Positions 1-11,500 are shown, counted from the first letter of the stretch. The stretch: 64,000 nt of DNA from the human T2T-CHM13v2.0 reference genome, Homo sapiens (GCA_009914755.4 CP068257.2:29248001-29312000); one strand, 5' to 3'. The notes: generated from the sequence alone by a model not told the origin. Numbers and translations are program-made.

Positions 1-94
1 GGGCATAATGATTAAGCCCATATTCTAGGCTCAGGAAAAAAAAAATCAGACCCTGATCAGCAAAGACTCTTGCAAACAAGGAGCTCTGTTGAGA

Positions 95-372
95 AAACTA
101 AATACCACCTGTTCTCACTAATAAGTAGGAGCTAAACATTAGGTACACGTGGACATAAAGATAAAAACAATAGACACTGGCAACTGGAAGAGCGGGGAGT
201 GAGGAAGAGGAAAAGGGTTGGAAAACTACCTATTGGGTACTATGTTCAATACCTGACAGATGGGTTCAATCATACCCCAAACCTCAGCATCACACAGTAT
301 ACCCCTGTAGCAAACCTGCACATGTACCCCGCAAAAACTAAATTAAAAGTTGAAATGTTTAAAAAAGAATTC
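95..372 (+). mobile_element. L1 (LINE-1) 3' end fragment, older subfamily, ending in an A-rich tail
   Basis: Matches the L1 ORF2 C-terminus/3'UTR consensus (ccacctgttctcact..aagtaggagctaaacat..ggtac.c.tggacata.ag...aaacctgcacatgtacccc..aaaactaaattaaaag) with about 15-20% divergence. Confidence 0.7.
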
Positions 373-409
373 TGCTGAGACATACATTTGCAATGCCAAC
401 TAATGCAGG

Positions 410-415
410 TTTATT
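410..415 (-). other. KRTAP11-1: Polyadenylation signal AATAAA for KRTAP11-1, the only one between the stop codon and position 400. Implies a ~360-nt 3'UTR.
   Basis: Plus-strand tttatt at 410-415. No other AATAAA/ATTAAA on the minus strand in 416-775. The resulting mRNA of about 0.9 kb is consistent with an intronless KAP transcript. Confidence 0.5.
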
Positions 416-775
416 GAGAAATACATGGTGAGACAAGCTCTGTTTTTGTGAGACACAAAAGCAGAGGCCAGGAGATACAGCAGCAAGGTGAAAACATGTC
501 AAAAGCATCAGAGACTGGGGTGTGGATGGTAAAGCTTCTGGACACATCCAGAGGCATACACAGCACCAGTGAGCAACCCTTAAAACAAGCTTAGGGCTGG
601 CCAGAAAAATTTTAGAGTGCTAAAGACAGCGTGTGCATGGATAGTAGCCAGCAGTCAGGCGGTCACAAGAAGGGTCAGCTATGAAGAGCTATTCAGGGAC
701 AAGCAGCATGCTGGAAGATCCTGGAAACAGCTGGCAGGTCGTGGAGTCTTGATTCGCTCACTGGCTCCTACACAC

Positions 776-1267
776 TTAGCAGGTTCTTCGGCAGCTGGAC
801 ACGCAGGACTGCTGATACGTCCTGGAGACCCCACAGGCTGGCTGGCAGACAGTAGAGACTCCTCCCACTGGTTGGCAGACAGTAGAGATGCCGCCCACTG
901 GTTGGCAGACACTGGAGATGCCTCCCAGGGGCTGACTTCCACTAGAGACAAAGGTGAGCGGCCGGCTGTAGGTAGTTGAGCAGGGGTTGGAAATACAGGT
1001 AGTTTGTCGAGAGCAAGTCACCTGGCAAGGGTTGGAGACACATGAAGTTCGCCGGTAACAGGTTGGCTGGCAAGCAGTGGGCTCACAGCAGGTCTCTTGA
1101 CAGTGGTCCAGGAGCCAAGAGCCAGTCTGGAAGGAACTGGGCAAACAGATGCCGCCCAGGCAGTCAGCATCAGTGGTGGAAGTCGTGGTAACTTGGGCCA
1201 CTGGAACAATGCAGCGTCCTCCAATGGGCCTGGAAGAGCAATTTCTTGTGGAGCAGTTGAAGGACAT
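776..1267 (-). CDS. KRTAP11-1: High-sulfur keratin-associated protein (hair KAP), single exon, 163 aa plus stop. Protein MSFNCSTRNCSSRPIGGRCIVPVAQ...CQPVGGISTVCQPVGGVSTVCQPACGVSRTYQQSCVSSCRRTC
   Basis: Longest clean ORF in the window. ATG at 1265-1267 (minus) with A at -3. TAA stop at 776-778. Cys/Ser/Thr/Pro/Gln-rich with four 10-aa repeats of the QPxGG[IV]S[ST]VC type, typical of the high-sulfur KAP family. Sequence matches my recollection of human KRTAP11-1 (163 aa). TATA box upstream and AATAAA downstream on the same strand. The human repeat context fits the chr21q22.11 KRTAP cluster. Confidence 0.85.
   Translation of the reverse strand: MSFNCSTRNCSSRPIGGRCIVPVAQVTTTSTTDADCLGGICLPSSFQTGSWLLDHCQETCCEPTACQPTCYRRTSCVSNPCQVTCSRQTTCISNPCSTTYSRPLTFVSSGSQPLGGISSVCQPVGGISTVCQPVGGVSTVCQPACGVSRTYQQSCVSSCRRTC
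831..954 (-). repeat. KRTAP11-1: Four tandem 30-bp coding repeats inside the KRTAP11-1 CDS, encoding QPLGGISSVC / QPVGGISTVC / QPVGGVSTVC / QPACGVSRTY
   Basis: Plus-strand units ccac[at]gg[ct]tggcagaca[gc]t[ag]gagat.. are repeated head to tail. The first unit carries an extra 4 bp. Confidence 0.8.
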
Positions 1268-1345
1268 GATGTCAGACAGAGGGCTGCAGGTAGCTTGCTG
1301 AAGTTACCTCCTGAGTTGTGAATGTCACTCCAGACTCCTGAGCTT

Positions 1346-1354
1346 TTATATATC
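1346..1354 (-). promoter_or_regulatory. KRTAP11-1: TATA box (TATATAAAA on minus strand) about 80 bp upstream of the KRTAP11-1 ATG. Predicted TSS near 1315-1325.
   Basis: Plus-strand ttttatata at 1345-1354 is TATATAAAA on the minus strand. Its spacing to the ATG implies a ~50-nt 5'UTR, typical of KAP genes. Confidence 0.5.
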
Positions 1355-1551
1355 CTTGCTGGTGGGTGGGGCTCTCTCCCTGGTCTCCGTGGCTTCTTTG
1401 GCTCAGACCAGTTTGCCTTAGAACATCTTGTGAATCTACACATTAATTGTCTCTTAAGAAGCCTTCACCCTCATAAAGAAAGTTTAGTAGTTTGGTAACT
1501 AAATCACAAGTCTTCTGTACTGTACTTAGTCTGATTAAGAAGGCTGGTTGG

Positions 1552-1560
1552 CAGCTTCAA
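1552..1560 (-). promoter_or_regulatory. Candidate LEF1/TCF motif (CTTTGAAG on minus strand) about 235 bp upstream of the predicted TSS
   Basis: Plus-strand cttcaaagc. CTTTGAAG LEF-1 sites are a known conserved feature of hair keratin and KAP promoters. A single motif match only. A TAATTG homeobox-like core at ~1443-1451 is also present. Confidence 0.2.
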
Positions 1561-3297
1561 AGCTATTGGTCATCCCAGCCCACACGTTGTCCCTCATTCA
1601 TCTTGCTTATGATGAGTGTTGACCTGACACTCATCCTACCAAAGATGCCACCATCCTACCATCACACACTCTCTCCCTCCCTACCAGGACCAATTACAAG
1701 CCCATGCCCTGTTTCATTTGTCACTGGACTTAATATCTTTTAAACATAACTTAATCAGTCACTCTACCACACCTAATGGAGCTCCTCATTGGGAAGGTGC
1801 CTCCTTGAATATGTTTCAAGACAACAGTGACAACACTTGACAGGAACAAAGGGCACAGAGACTTGTATCCAAAGTCTGAGCTGGCTCTCAAAATTAATCA
1901 ACTGACTCAAACAAGATGCCCGTGGGAAGGCTAGAGGGCAGTGGGACCCACCCTTTATGTTCAACCAACAAAGCAAATTAGAAGCTAACTAAGTGCAACT
2001 GTATTTGTAGCCAAGACCTTTTCTAAGTAAATTGGATGAGCTTTATTCCTAAAATGTTTAATTTAATAACAGTGGATAATAGTGACTCCTGGGTCTCATT
2101 AATATGCCAGTGGAAAAGGCTTAGTTAATTTTTAAAATTATCATAATGTTAATTTGAAAGGGTACAGTGTCTTTCTCCCAATTTGTTCAATATGTTCAAA
2201 AGATATTTATTTTCACACATATAGATAGAATGCATTTTAATTATGGACAAACTAAAGGCTCTTCAAGGTCATTGTCTCCATCAGGGATAAGGGGGAGGCA
2301 GAGCTGGGGGAAGCAGGCACTTAATCAATGTTTGGTAATGAAGAGATGTGTGAAGAGTGTGCTATATTTAATTATTCTTTTTATGCTTGGGGAAGCTATA
2401 GGGATATCACTCTATTTTATTTCATCTCACTACAATATAATGAATTTTAAACACCAGAATGATGGCTCGTTTGGGTCCACCTGAACATAGATGAATAAAC
2501 TGCCTCAACTCTGGCAAAATAAGCAACTTCAACATCGCTTCAAGTGGTCAGTGGTATTTCTGTCCCAAAACAGCTGTAGCATCTGACTCATTTTTAAACT
2601 AGCTTACATGAGGGAGCGTAAGGGAATAAAATGGATTTCCATGTATTTGAGGGCTACAGGTAAGCTATGTTTTAAATATCCACAAAGCAAACAGCGTTAT
2701 GTCAGGACTCATCAGAAATCCCTAATTGGAAACTAACGACACACCCAAAGAAGAGGGTGCTGTGAGCAATAGCATGATTCCCAGATATCAGACCTCAATG
2801 TCCTGACCCTCCCTCAGTGACTCACCATGTGTTCCCAGGAACGGGGTGAAATTAATGAGATGACTACTTTCCACAATGTTGTGGCTATGCTCTTCCCACC
2901 ACAGAGGGTATCTTAGTTGGTGTTTGAAGGCCTGAGTCCTTGGCCCTAGGGCCTGGCTTGCATGTTGTAAAATGGATTACTAGTTTACAGGCTTCTCCCA
3001 GCCACAGGTTCACAGGCTACTATGGAAGAGTACTTAACTGTGGCAATTCCCAAAATCTGAAGTGAGTAGTAGAGTTACAAAGGAGAACGTTTCAGTGCCT
3101 ACTGCCACATTCCTGGAATGACAGACAATTGTATAAGTTATTACCTTGTCTTGATGTGTCTCTCCCATTGAAAGCTGGAAATTACAGATAAAAGGATCCT
3201 AGAAAATATCTTCCATCACTTCAGGAAAAAAGAAAATGAGTGTCTTTTAAGCACACAACTCTCTTCCAGGCATTGAGTTAAAGGTTTGTACAACTCA

Positions 3298-3603
3298 GCC
3301 GGGCACGGTGGCTCACGCCTGTAATCCTAGCACTTTGGGAGGCAAAGGCAGGCAGATCACGAGGTCAGGAGATCGAGATCATCCTGGCTAACATGGTGAA
3401 ACCCCGTCTCTACTAAAAATACAAAAAATTAGCCAGGCGAGGTGGTGGGCGCCTGTAGTCCCAGCTACTCGGGAGGCTAAGGCAGAAGAATGGCATGAAC
3501 CCGGGGGCGGAGCTTGCAGTGAGCCAAGATCGAGCCACTGCACTCCAGGCTGGGTGACAGAGAGAGACTCCGTCTCAAAAAAATAAATAAAATTTAAAAA
3601 AAT
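3298..3603 (+). mobile_element. Full-length Alu (AluS/Y-like) with poly-A tail and an 18-bp target-site duplication aaaggtttgtacaactca (3280-3297 and 3604-3621)
   Basis: ggccgggcacggtggctcacgcctgtaatcc...gagactccgtctcaaaaaaa, flanked by perfect direct repeats. Confidence 0.95.
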
Positions 3604-6477
3604 AAAGGTTTGTACAACTCATCTCACTGAGTTCTTACAACAACTCTGTGGAGTAGGTATCATGTCACATACTGGAGCTGAAGTTCAGGGACCCTGGGTG
3701 GCTCGCCAAGGTCATGCAGTTTATATTTGACTAAGTTGAGATTCAACTAAAACAGAGTCTCTGAACTACCAACTCACACTGAGGATATTTAAATGTGATG
3801 AGATGCCTTCCTTCAAGTGTGAACAAGAATTTGTTATTTTTAATCAATCAATCAATACTTCATTGATGACATTATAAAGGATATAATCATTTCTCTTCTA
3901 GGTTCATCAATTGATTAACAATGGAAATAAATAAAATAGTAAGTCACAAGCACTGCTGTCCTACTTCGTATGTTTTGTTCATTCTGTATCCAATTTAACA
4001 ATTTTTAATCCTTAGAATAAGACACAAGGTCACTACAAACAAAGCAAAAAAGAATAGAGAAACATTAATAGCTTGAAGCTATAGTTTGAAATTATAATTA
4101 TGTATAATAGCTGTGCATACAACGAATTTTCAGAGCGTAGCAGATAAGTGAATTGATTTTTCAGTCTTATCCATTTTCCAGAGTCTGCCATTTTTCAGGT
4201 GCTAAATAGAGGGAAAATGTTGAGTAGATCCCTTAGATTAATTATTAAAAGAAACTTCAGCTTACATTGTGACTACAAGCAGATTATTTCTGAAGTCTTA
4301 TATTAAAATGATTTCAGAGTTTGTGAATAACATTTCTCATAAAGGTCTTGCCAACGTGAAAAATCGATACACTTCTCTGCTATTCTCTGAAAATACACCA
4401 TGCCACACAGAGGTAGGCAAGCTACTTGATACTCTCATGCATTTTATTGTCACATGCAAGCACTTTGACTCTTTATCTGCATTCACTGTATGTTGCAAAA
4501 GTAAAGAAACATGTACTGACAGTCACATAAGCTTGATGAAACTCTACACAATTTTAATTTGACAATGTTGTTCAATGAAATTAATAAATCATCCTTTCCT
4601 TGGAATGTAAGAAAAAATTACACGGCCAATTGCTGTCACTATGTAGTTAGGCACAACCTCAAACTTCAACTCAGCAAAAAGTCTTGTGAAGATTATTATT
4701 TTCATGTCTGCAGAGCGTGAAGTGAGGGGATGGGTAATAGGAGCAGATGAGGAGAGATCGAGGAACTACTACCCATTATCTTCATCACTGATGGATAATT
4801 TGCTCTCATTTGTATAGAACAATCTAAGCCTTATACAATAATTATCACAGGCTGGAAATGAGCAATTCTTTCACTCAAAACTGAATCACAGCAATCATTT
4901 ACAAGGCCAAGCATTTGAGAGTAAAATGAGCTAAGCATGTGAGGGAGGCTGGAGGTTTGATAGGCAGAAAGGATATTTTTCATCACAAATTTGATAATAA
5001 TGTTGACCAACGCCAGTTCAGAGAAAACCACTTAGCCTCATCGAATGGAGGAATAGTGAACTTGTGGAAAAATTAATATATATGAAATGAAATGCTGTCA
5101 TTCTGCACTTTTTCAGAATGATCACCCTCTCAAATTGAAGCTATTCATTGTCTCTTAAGAAATATAAAAAGGAAATTCAGAAGCTTAAGTGTAGAACTTA
5201 ATGGTTGTTTTAAAAATTAAATACATCTTGGCTGAGTTGTTCTGCTTTCTTTCCAACTTCCCACGGACCTCTGGGTTGAATCTCCAGAATCTTTATTAAC
5301 CAAGACATTATAAAGCCCTGGAGGCTCAGTGATTTGCACCACAAAATGGAACTGAAATTCATTTTCCAATCTCTTTTCAAAAAGCATCAATCATAAGAAG
5401 GGTTGAATAATTTGGGCTGGAAGGAACTCTAGGGCAGAAAGCAGAAGGTGAAAGAAACAAGCAAAGACCAGCAAAATAGTTGCTGCTTTTTGAACCCGAA
5501 AATAGCAATCACCAGCTACATGACTTGTGTAAAAATAAACCCTCAGAGGACAGTGTCAAGGTTGAAAAATTCTAAATTGAACCATTCTCTCTGTTGATGC
5601 CTGTTTTCAGATTCATGTGGTTTTTCATGTGTGTCTTCAATGCAGATCAAAATCAGGGTGCTGTCAAGAAAGGTGAGTAGAATCCCAAGTGTTTTTCAGC
5701 ACAACTAACTCCCATGTGGCAAAGCCCATGTGTCGTTGGCATGGGCTCCAGTCCTGGCCTTCCAAATAAAGAGAGGGAGACCCATTTGTAACCAGACATG
5801 AGTAATGTTTATGTACAGGGCCTAAGAGAGAAGGCACCGAGTCTCCCAAGATGTATCATCCTTCCCTGATCCAGAATTGTTCAGGGCCTACTAGGTACTC
5901 TGTGGGGTAAGGATACTGGAATCTATGTAGGAGACAGGTAAAGTGGATAGGTCTTCTCTTAACATGACTTAATTGACCTGTGCTTACGCCCTTTCAACAT
6001 AGTTCTTCTTGGTCTGATCTGCCTGTCTGGGGGATTAGGAGTGTAACATTAGGCCAGCACTATCTCAGGTTGGTAATTAGACTTCCAGTGCTGCATTTTA
6101 AATTCTTCTCATACAATTCTCTTATCTGATTGATGAGAAGCCAAGTCCGAAACAGGGAGCATCTTTGCCAAGCACATCGAACATTCTTGTGCACTACTTC
6201 GAAACTGTCTCACTTCATTTCTTACTGTAGCCTCTTTGCACACACTTAAGCCAGTTTCATGATGGTGCAGTCCCAAAGTGCTTCCTTCACTTTGAGGCAA
6301 CTCACGTGCTCCTTGCTTCCTGCTAGGTCTTCTCTGATGCCATGGCAAGGAAAGTCCATGTTAATTTTCTCTGCACTCACATATGTACCACCCAGAAGTG
6401 GGGTCAAGTGTAGGCAACAGAGAATGCAAACCAAAGGATGAAAACTCCCCACTTTTGTCCTCCAGGTAGATAATACT

Positions 6478-6838
6478 TGATATGGTTTTGTCATGTCTCC
6501 ACCCAAATCTCATCTTCAATTGTAGCTCCTGTAATTCCCATGTGTTGTGGGAGACACCCAATAGGAGATAATTGAATCATGGAGGCGGCTTCCCCTATAC
6601 TGTTGTCATGGTAGTGAATAAGTCTCACAATATCTGATGGTTTTACAAAGGGAAACCCCTTTTGCTTGGTTCTCATTCTCTCTTGTCTGCCGCCATGTAA
6701 GATGTGCTTTTGCCTTCCACCATGATTGTGAGGCCTCCACAGCCACGTGGAACTGTGAGTCCATTAAACATTTTTTTCTTTATAAATTGCTCCATCTCAG
6801 GTATGTATTTATCAGCAGCCTGAAAACGGACTAATACA
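6478..6838 (+). mobile_element. Solitary THE1-type (ERVL-MaLR) LTR
   Basis: Starts TGATATGG and ends GACTAATACA. Internal hallmarks are ccacccaaatctcatcttcaattgtagctcc...cccatgtgttgtgggag...gtgaataagtctcac...gccgccatgtaagatgtgc...ccatgattgtgaggcctcc.cagccacgtggaactgtgagtccattaaac. Confidence 0.75.
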
Positions 6839-7856
6839 GTACTGAAACTCACTTCAGGAAGTCCCATGGGATCACGCACAAGTTGCTTGCAATGGTGGCT
6901 GACTTGATAACACTTTCTTGTGGTTGCTTTCCCTACTCTTCTATTTCACTACCCTTGCACTGCAATCCCTGGAATAAAACACCAAAACTGTCTCAAGCTT
7001 TGCTTTTCAGGGAACTTGGGTTGAGACACCCAGATTCCAAATATTTGCTATTTGAAAGAATTAGAAATAATAACCAGGCCTTCTAATTCCCAGCTTAGGC
7101 CCCTAAGGGTACATGCATGCCTCTGTCCATGCAATCCCAAGAAAAACTTGTACACAAGCTGAGCATCCAGCAAGTGACATTTGGGTGTTTAAAGCCATTT
7201 CTGCAATGGCCAAATCAGTAACTACAAAAGTCTTGAAATGCAGCTAGATTCTTGGTAGATTGTCACATGTATTCCTAGTAATGTGGATCTACTATGCTGG
7301 TTCCTTAACATAGGCCAGTCCCTAAGAGTAACATCCAAAACATCAAAAGTTTGGCAAATATTATTGTCAGTTTCGTGTCACTGTTGTTTTCCAAAACGAA
7401 AAGATGCTTTTTAACAAAGTAAGACATGCACCTACTGTGAAATGGGAGAAAATTTTAGGTAGTAAATGGACAACTCCTTTATAGTTTTAATTAGTCATGC
7501 ATTTATTTTTAAATGTATTAATAAAATAGGGCTAGGTTATCCAAGCCATAATTTTGAGGATATTACATAAAATGAAGCTTAAGCAAGTTTTTTTAAAGTG
7601 AGTTACTATAAATAAACATAAAAGTTAATATAATATAAAAGTTAAACTAAAATAATATTTGCAATGGTGAAGATATGAAAATAATGACAAAAATTATCAA
7701 GATAAAAATCACAGCAGTGTGTTTAATAAATATTTAAATGATTTAATACAATGGTTTCATAGATACTGAATAAGTAGTTTAGTTTTTTAATTTTTCAAAA
7801 TTCACTTTATTTTAGAGAATATGATCATTTAACAATCCCCATTCACAACATTCGCG

Positions 7857-7881
7857 CACACACACACACACACACACACAC
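7857..7881. repeat. (CA)n microsatellite, about 12 units
   Basis: cacacacacacacacacacacacac. Confidence 0.95.
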
Positions 7882-8188
7882 TCCAAGTACCCTGCTCCCT
7901 CTTCTGTTTATCAATTACTTTGTAACAAATCACCCCAAAACTTAGTAGCATAAAACAGCCATTTATGATGTCCATGGCTTCTGTGGCTTGGGAATTTACA
8001 CAAAGTGCAGCAGGGCAGTTCCTCTCTGCTCCAGATGGATGGGGAGCCTGCGATTGTCTGAAGTTTCATTTCTTCACATTTATGGCAGCTGACACTTGCC
8101 ACTGTGGGAATACCTATGTATGGCCTCTTTATGGGCCAGGATTTCTCCAACACTGAGGCTGGTTCCAAGAGTGAGAACCTCAAGAGGG

Positions 8189-8437
8189 TATATATTAATA
8201 TATTAATATATGCTTATATGATAAATATGTAAGTATATGATATATATCATATATAAGATACATATATATCATATATATGATAAATATATATCATATGCTT
8301 ATATGATATATAAATATATTAATATAATTAACATGTAGTATTGTGTTAATATATTTATATATAATCTATATATTAATAGAATATCTTTATAATCAATATA
8401 TAAATATATATTTATATATAAGTATATATTAATATAT
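8189..8437. repeat. About 250-bp TA-rich low-complexity block with many short palindromic TA/ATAT repeats
   Basis: tatatattaatatattaatatatgcttatatgataaatatg...atatatcatatataagatacatatatatcatatatatgataaatatatatcatatg. Almost purely A/T with self-complementary units. Confidence 0.9.
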
Positions 8438-11334
8438 CACTTTTTCTGACCTAGGAAGTCATTGAACATCAATTTTGCTATACCCTAGATAACAAGGCAT
8501 CCCAAAAGCCCATCCAGATACCAAGGGGAGGTAAAATGGACTCTACTTCTTGATGGGAAGTGGGAAAGTTCTGGAAGAGGACAAGAGGCTGAAAATATTG
8601 TTTTGGCCATGAAAATAAACTACTATCATTCTCCAAATTGCCAGCACACCAGGACTGGGAATCCCTGAGATGGGCTTAGGTGATGTTCATAAAAATTGAA
8701 ATTTTATGTCTCACATCATTGGAAATGTTCAGAGTAGAGAGACAGCTCTTTATCAAGGAACACTGTGATGCGGATTCTTACAGGAATTAGAGAGACCAAT
8801 GGATGCCTTCAACATCCTAAGGCCCATGTGCTTGATGCAGTGAATCAGGCTAATGACCAGCACCCTCGGTGCTTTCAAGGAGCTTCAGCCACTCCAGAGT
8901 CTTCATTTATTCTGGCTTGATTTCTTAATTAAACACTTGGCAGCTCCACAGCCTGTGGAGAACATGTGTATTCAGGGTTTTCCATATCAGATGAAGAGGT
9001 CAGGCACATGGAAGCTCTTGGGGACTCTACTGCAGACTATGGGAACTTCACCAGTCTTGACGGGTCAGCTTTTTGAAGATGACACAGTCTTATAGTCTTA
9101 TATCATAAATGAAATTGTTTTGCAGTTAGTGGTGGATTGAAGACCATGAAGATGGAATTAACAACGGAAAAATAAAATACCAGTAGCAATGCTGAGAACA
9201 CTGAATTGTTCCCAACTCAGCCTTCCATTTTCTGTATCCATTGTATATTCTAAGGTGGTTTCCTCAGGACGTCTCTGACTGATACTGAATTCCCATTATT
9301 TAGGGTGAAGATCAAACTGGATGCAAACATCTTTTGTGTTTTAAGACAATGTGTCTTTCCCTGCATGCTCCTGAGCCACAGGTAAAGAAGGTCACAGCCC
9401 AGGAAAAGGGTCAGTCATCTTAGACTGATCGTAAAGCATTGCTCAGTCCTTGCTTTTCTGATCACGGTTATCATCGATACTGAACTATGAAGTGAACCTG
9501 AAGCCAGCAGTTGCTTTAGCTAAAAGGCAAAAGAACTAAAGGTTGATAAAACGACCCTTCAGGAAACTAATCAACTGAGACTGATAACCAATCTCATCTT
9601 TCACATCACTTCTTAACTTCAGTATCCTTTTTTCCCTACTTATATCAACGCAGCCACCAACTCTTCTTTCCTTCCCAAGAAAGACATAGTATAAATTCCA
9701 CAGTAACTTTTGGTTCCTACAAAAATATCTAATGTAAAAAAATATTAAGCTCAAGAAAGAAAACTAAAAAATAACTAGGAAGAACTAAAAGGAATGACTA
9801 ATTTACAGTATGAAGAATTATATTATATATTATATAAGGGTAATGGTAATCCCCAGAATTTTGAGTAGTAATTCAGAAGACAAGCATGGTAATAAAAATT
9901 AATAAGAATCAATATAAAAAGAAAGCAATAAAGTGAATGAAATGTGGTGGGCATATTCGAAATAATCAACTTTTGAAGAGATGACTTCCAAATGGATTGT
10001 TTGCAAACCAGATTGTTTTCCACACCTCAACACCCACGCAGAAGCACAATTTTTGTTAGAGAACCTGTTGTCCAACTAATGAAAACACATAAAGGGTAAT
10101 GTTATCTTTGCCTACAGGTAGAGGGCTGCAGGGCATCCAATCGGCCCCACAAATGCTCTTACTCTTCACTAGGCAAATTTATCTTTTTCAGACACGACAG
10201 ACACGCCATTCAGATCATCCAATCCTTGAAATAGACTTTTCAATAGAATTCTGATATTAACTTGGTTTTTCAATTGTCCTTACCTACTAGAAATAAAACA
10301 CCCTCAGTACTTAGCATAAGTATGCCAATCCGATTTCAATGTGAGTTACAGTTGCACCCCGGCTTGTACATCGGTCTCTTTAAAATTTGGCTAGCTTCAC
10401 TTAGTCCTCCAGAACCTGCTAACCCTGGGTGAACTGACAAAATTAAAAGCCTCAGCAGCCAATTGAAGGAACAGACCCTGATCCTGTTGTCACTGCACAC
10501 CTCCAATTAAAATGTAGACACCAGCTTCAGTCTGGACAGCTGACTCATCTCTCTCAATGACCAAACCATTTTATCTGCTACAGATAAGAGGTACACATTT
10601 CACTAAAAGACCATTTTCTCATATTATCTAATGAAATCCTCCTTCTCCAAGTACTTTTAGCAAATAGAATTCTCTTTTAAGTTGAATGATTTCAGTATAA
10701 CAGAGGTTGAACTGACTAAATGACCTCTATGAAAAGTGGCTTCTGGTTTTCTGACATGCCCCTTGAATTTGATGCCTTAAGAAGAATGAGGAATGCATAA
10801 ATGAAGATAAACGGAGAGCCATCAGAAAAGCTGTTTTGTAATGAGCAATAGTTGTTCTGATAAATTTTAAAAATTGAGCCTTAGCTTACATGCATCTAAA
10901 ATTGCAGTGTATTTTTTTTCTGGCAACTCATCATGGCAAATAATTTGGTATATTGACCTTTGAATTTAGCATTTAAGTTTGCACATTATTGCATACCCAA
11001 ATAGTACATTGTGTCCATTGAAATTACTTCTTGCATATCCCACTGCACTTTCTACTATTGCATATTTTAAATATCTTCCTCTTTAGTTATATATATTACA
11101 TATTAGAAGCCATAAAACAGTATCCTAGCAGTAGTCCCACAAACCTTCATTTATATACAAACTTAAAAGCTAAGGCAAAATTTAAAATTTATCAGAACAA
11201 TTATTGCTTGTTACAAAACAGCTCTTCCAATGGCTCTTCATTTATCTTCCTCATTTATGAATTCCTTATCCTTCTTAAGGCGTCAAATTAAAGGAGTACG
11301 TCAAAAGTTCTACAAGTTCCTTCCCCAACTTTCC

Positions 11335-11500
11335 CATTGACTCATTGCATGACCTGAGGCTCCTCATTGAGACTCCATGGGTCTATTTCATGATCATCTG
11401 TAAAACAGGGATAATGGGATCTGCCTCACCAGGGAGCTGCAAGAACTGAGTTATGGTTTGCAAAAGGCTTTGTGATTCACACATAAAAGGCACTACAAGA
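11335..11500 (+). mobile_element. MIR (mammalian-wide interspersed repeat, SINE) fragment
   Basis: tgcatgacctgaggctcctcattgagactc...tttcatgatcatctgtaaaacagggataatgggatctgcctcaccagggagc..aagaactgagttat matches the MIR core (tgtgaccttgggcaagtcacttaacctctctgggcctcagtttcctcatctgtaaaatggggataataatacctacctcacagggttgttgtgagg). Confidence 0.55.

Noticed and set aside
617-1443. ORFs 617..979(+), 679..951(-), 1018..1443(-) and 1097..1321(+) overlapping the KAP gene
   Set aside because: They are alternative-frame or opposite-strand readings of the same Cys/Ser-codon-rich segment. Only the 776..1267(-) frame has the ATG context, TATA, polyA signal and a recognisable KAP protein.
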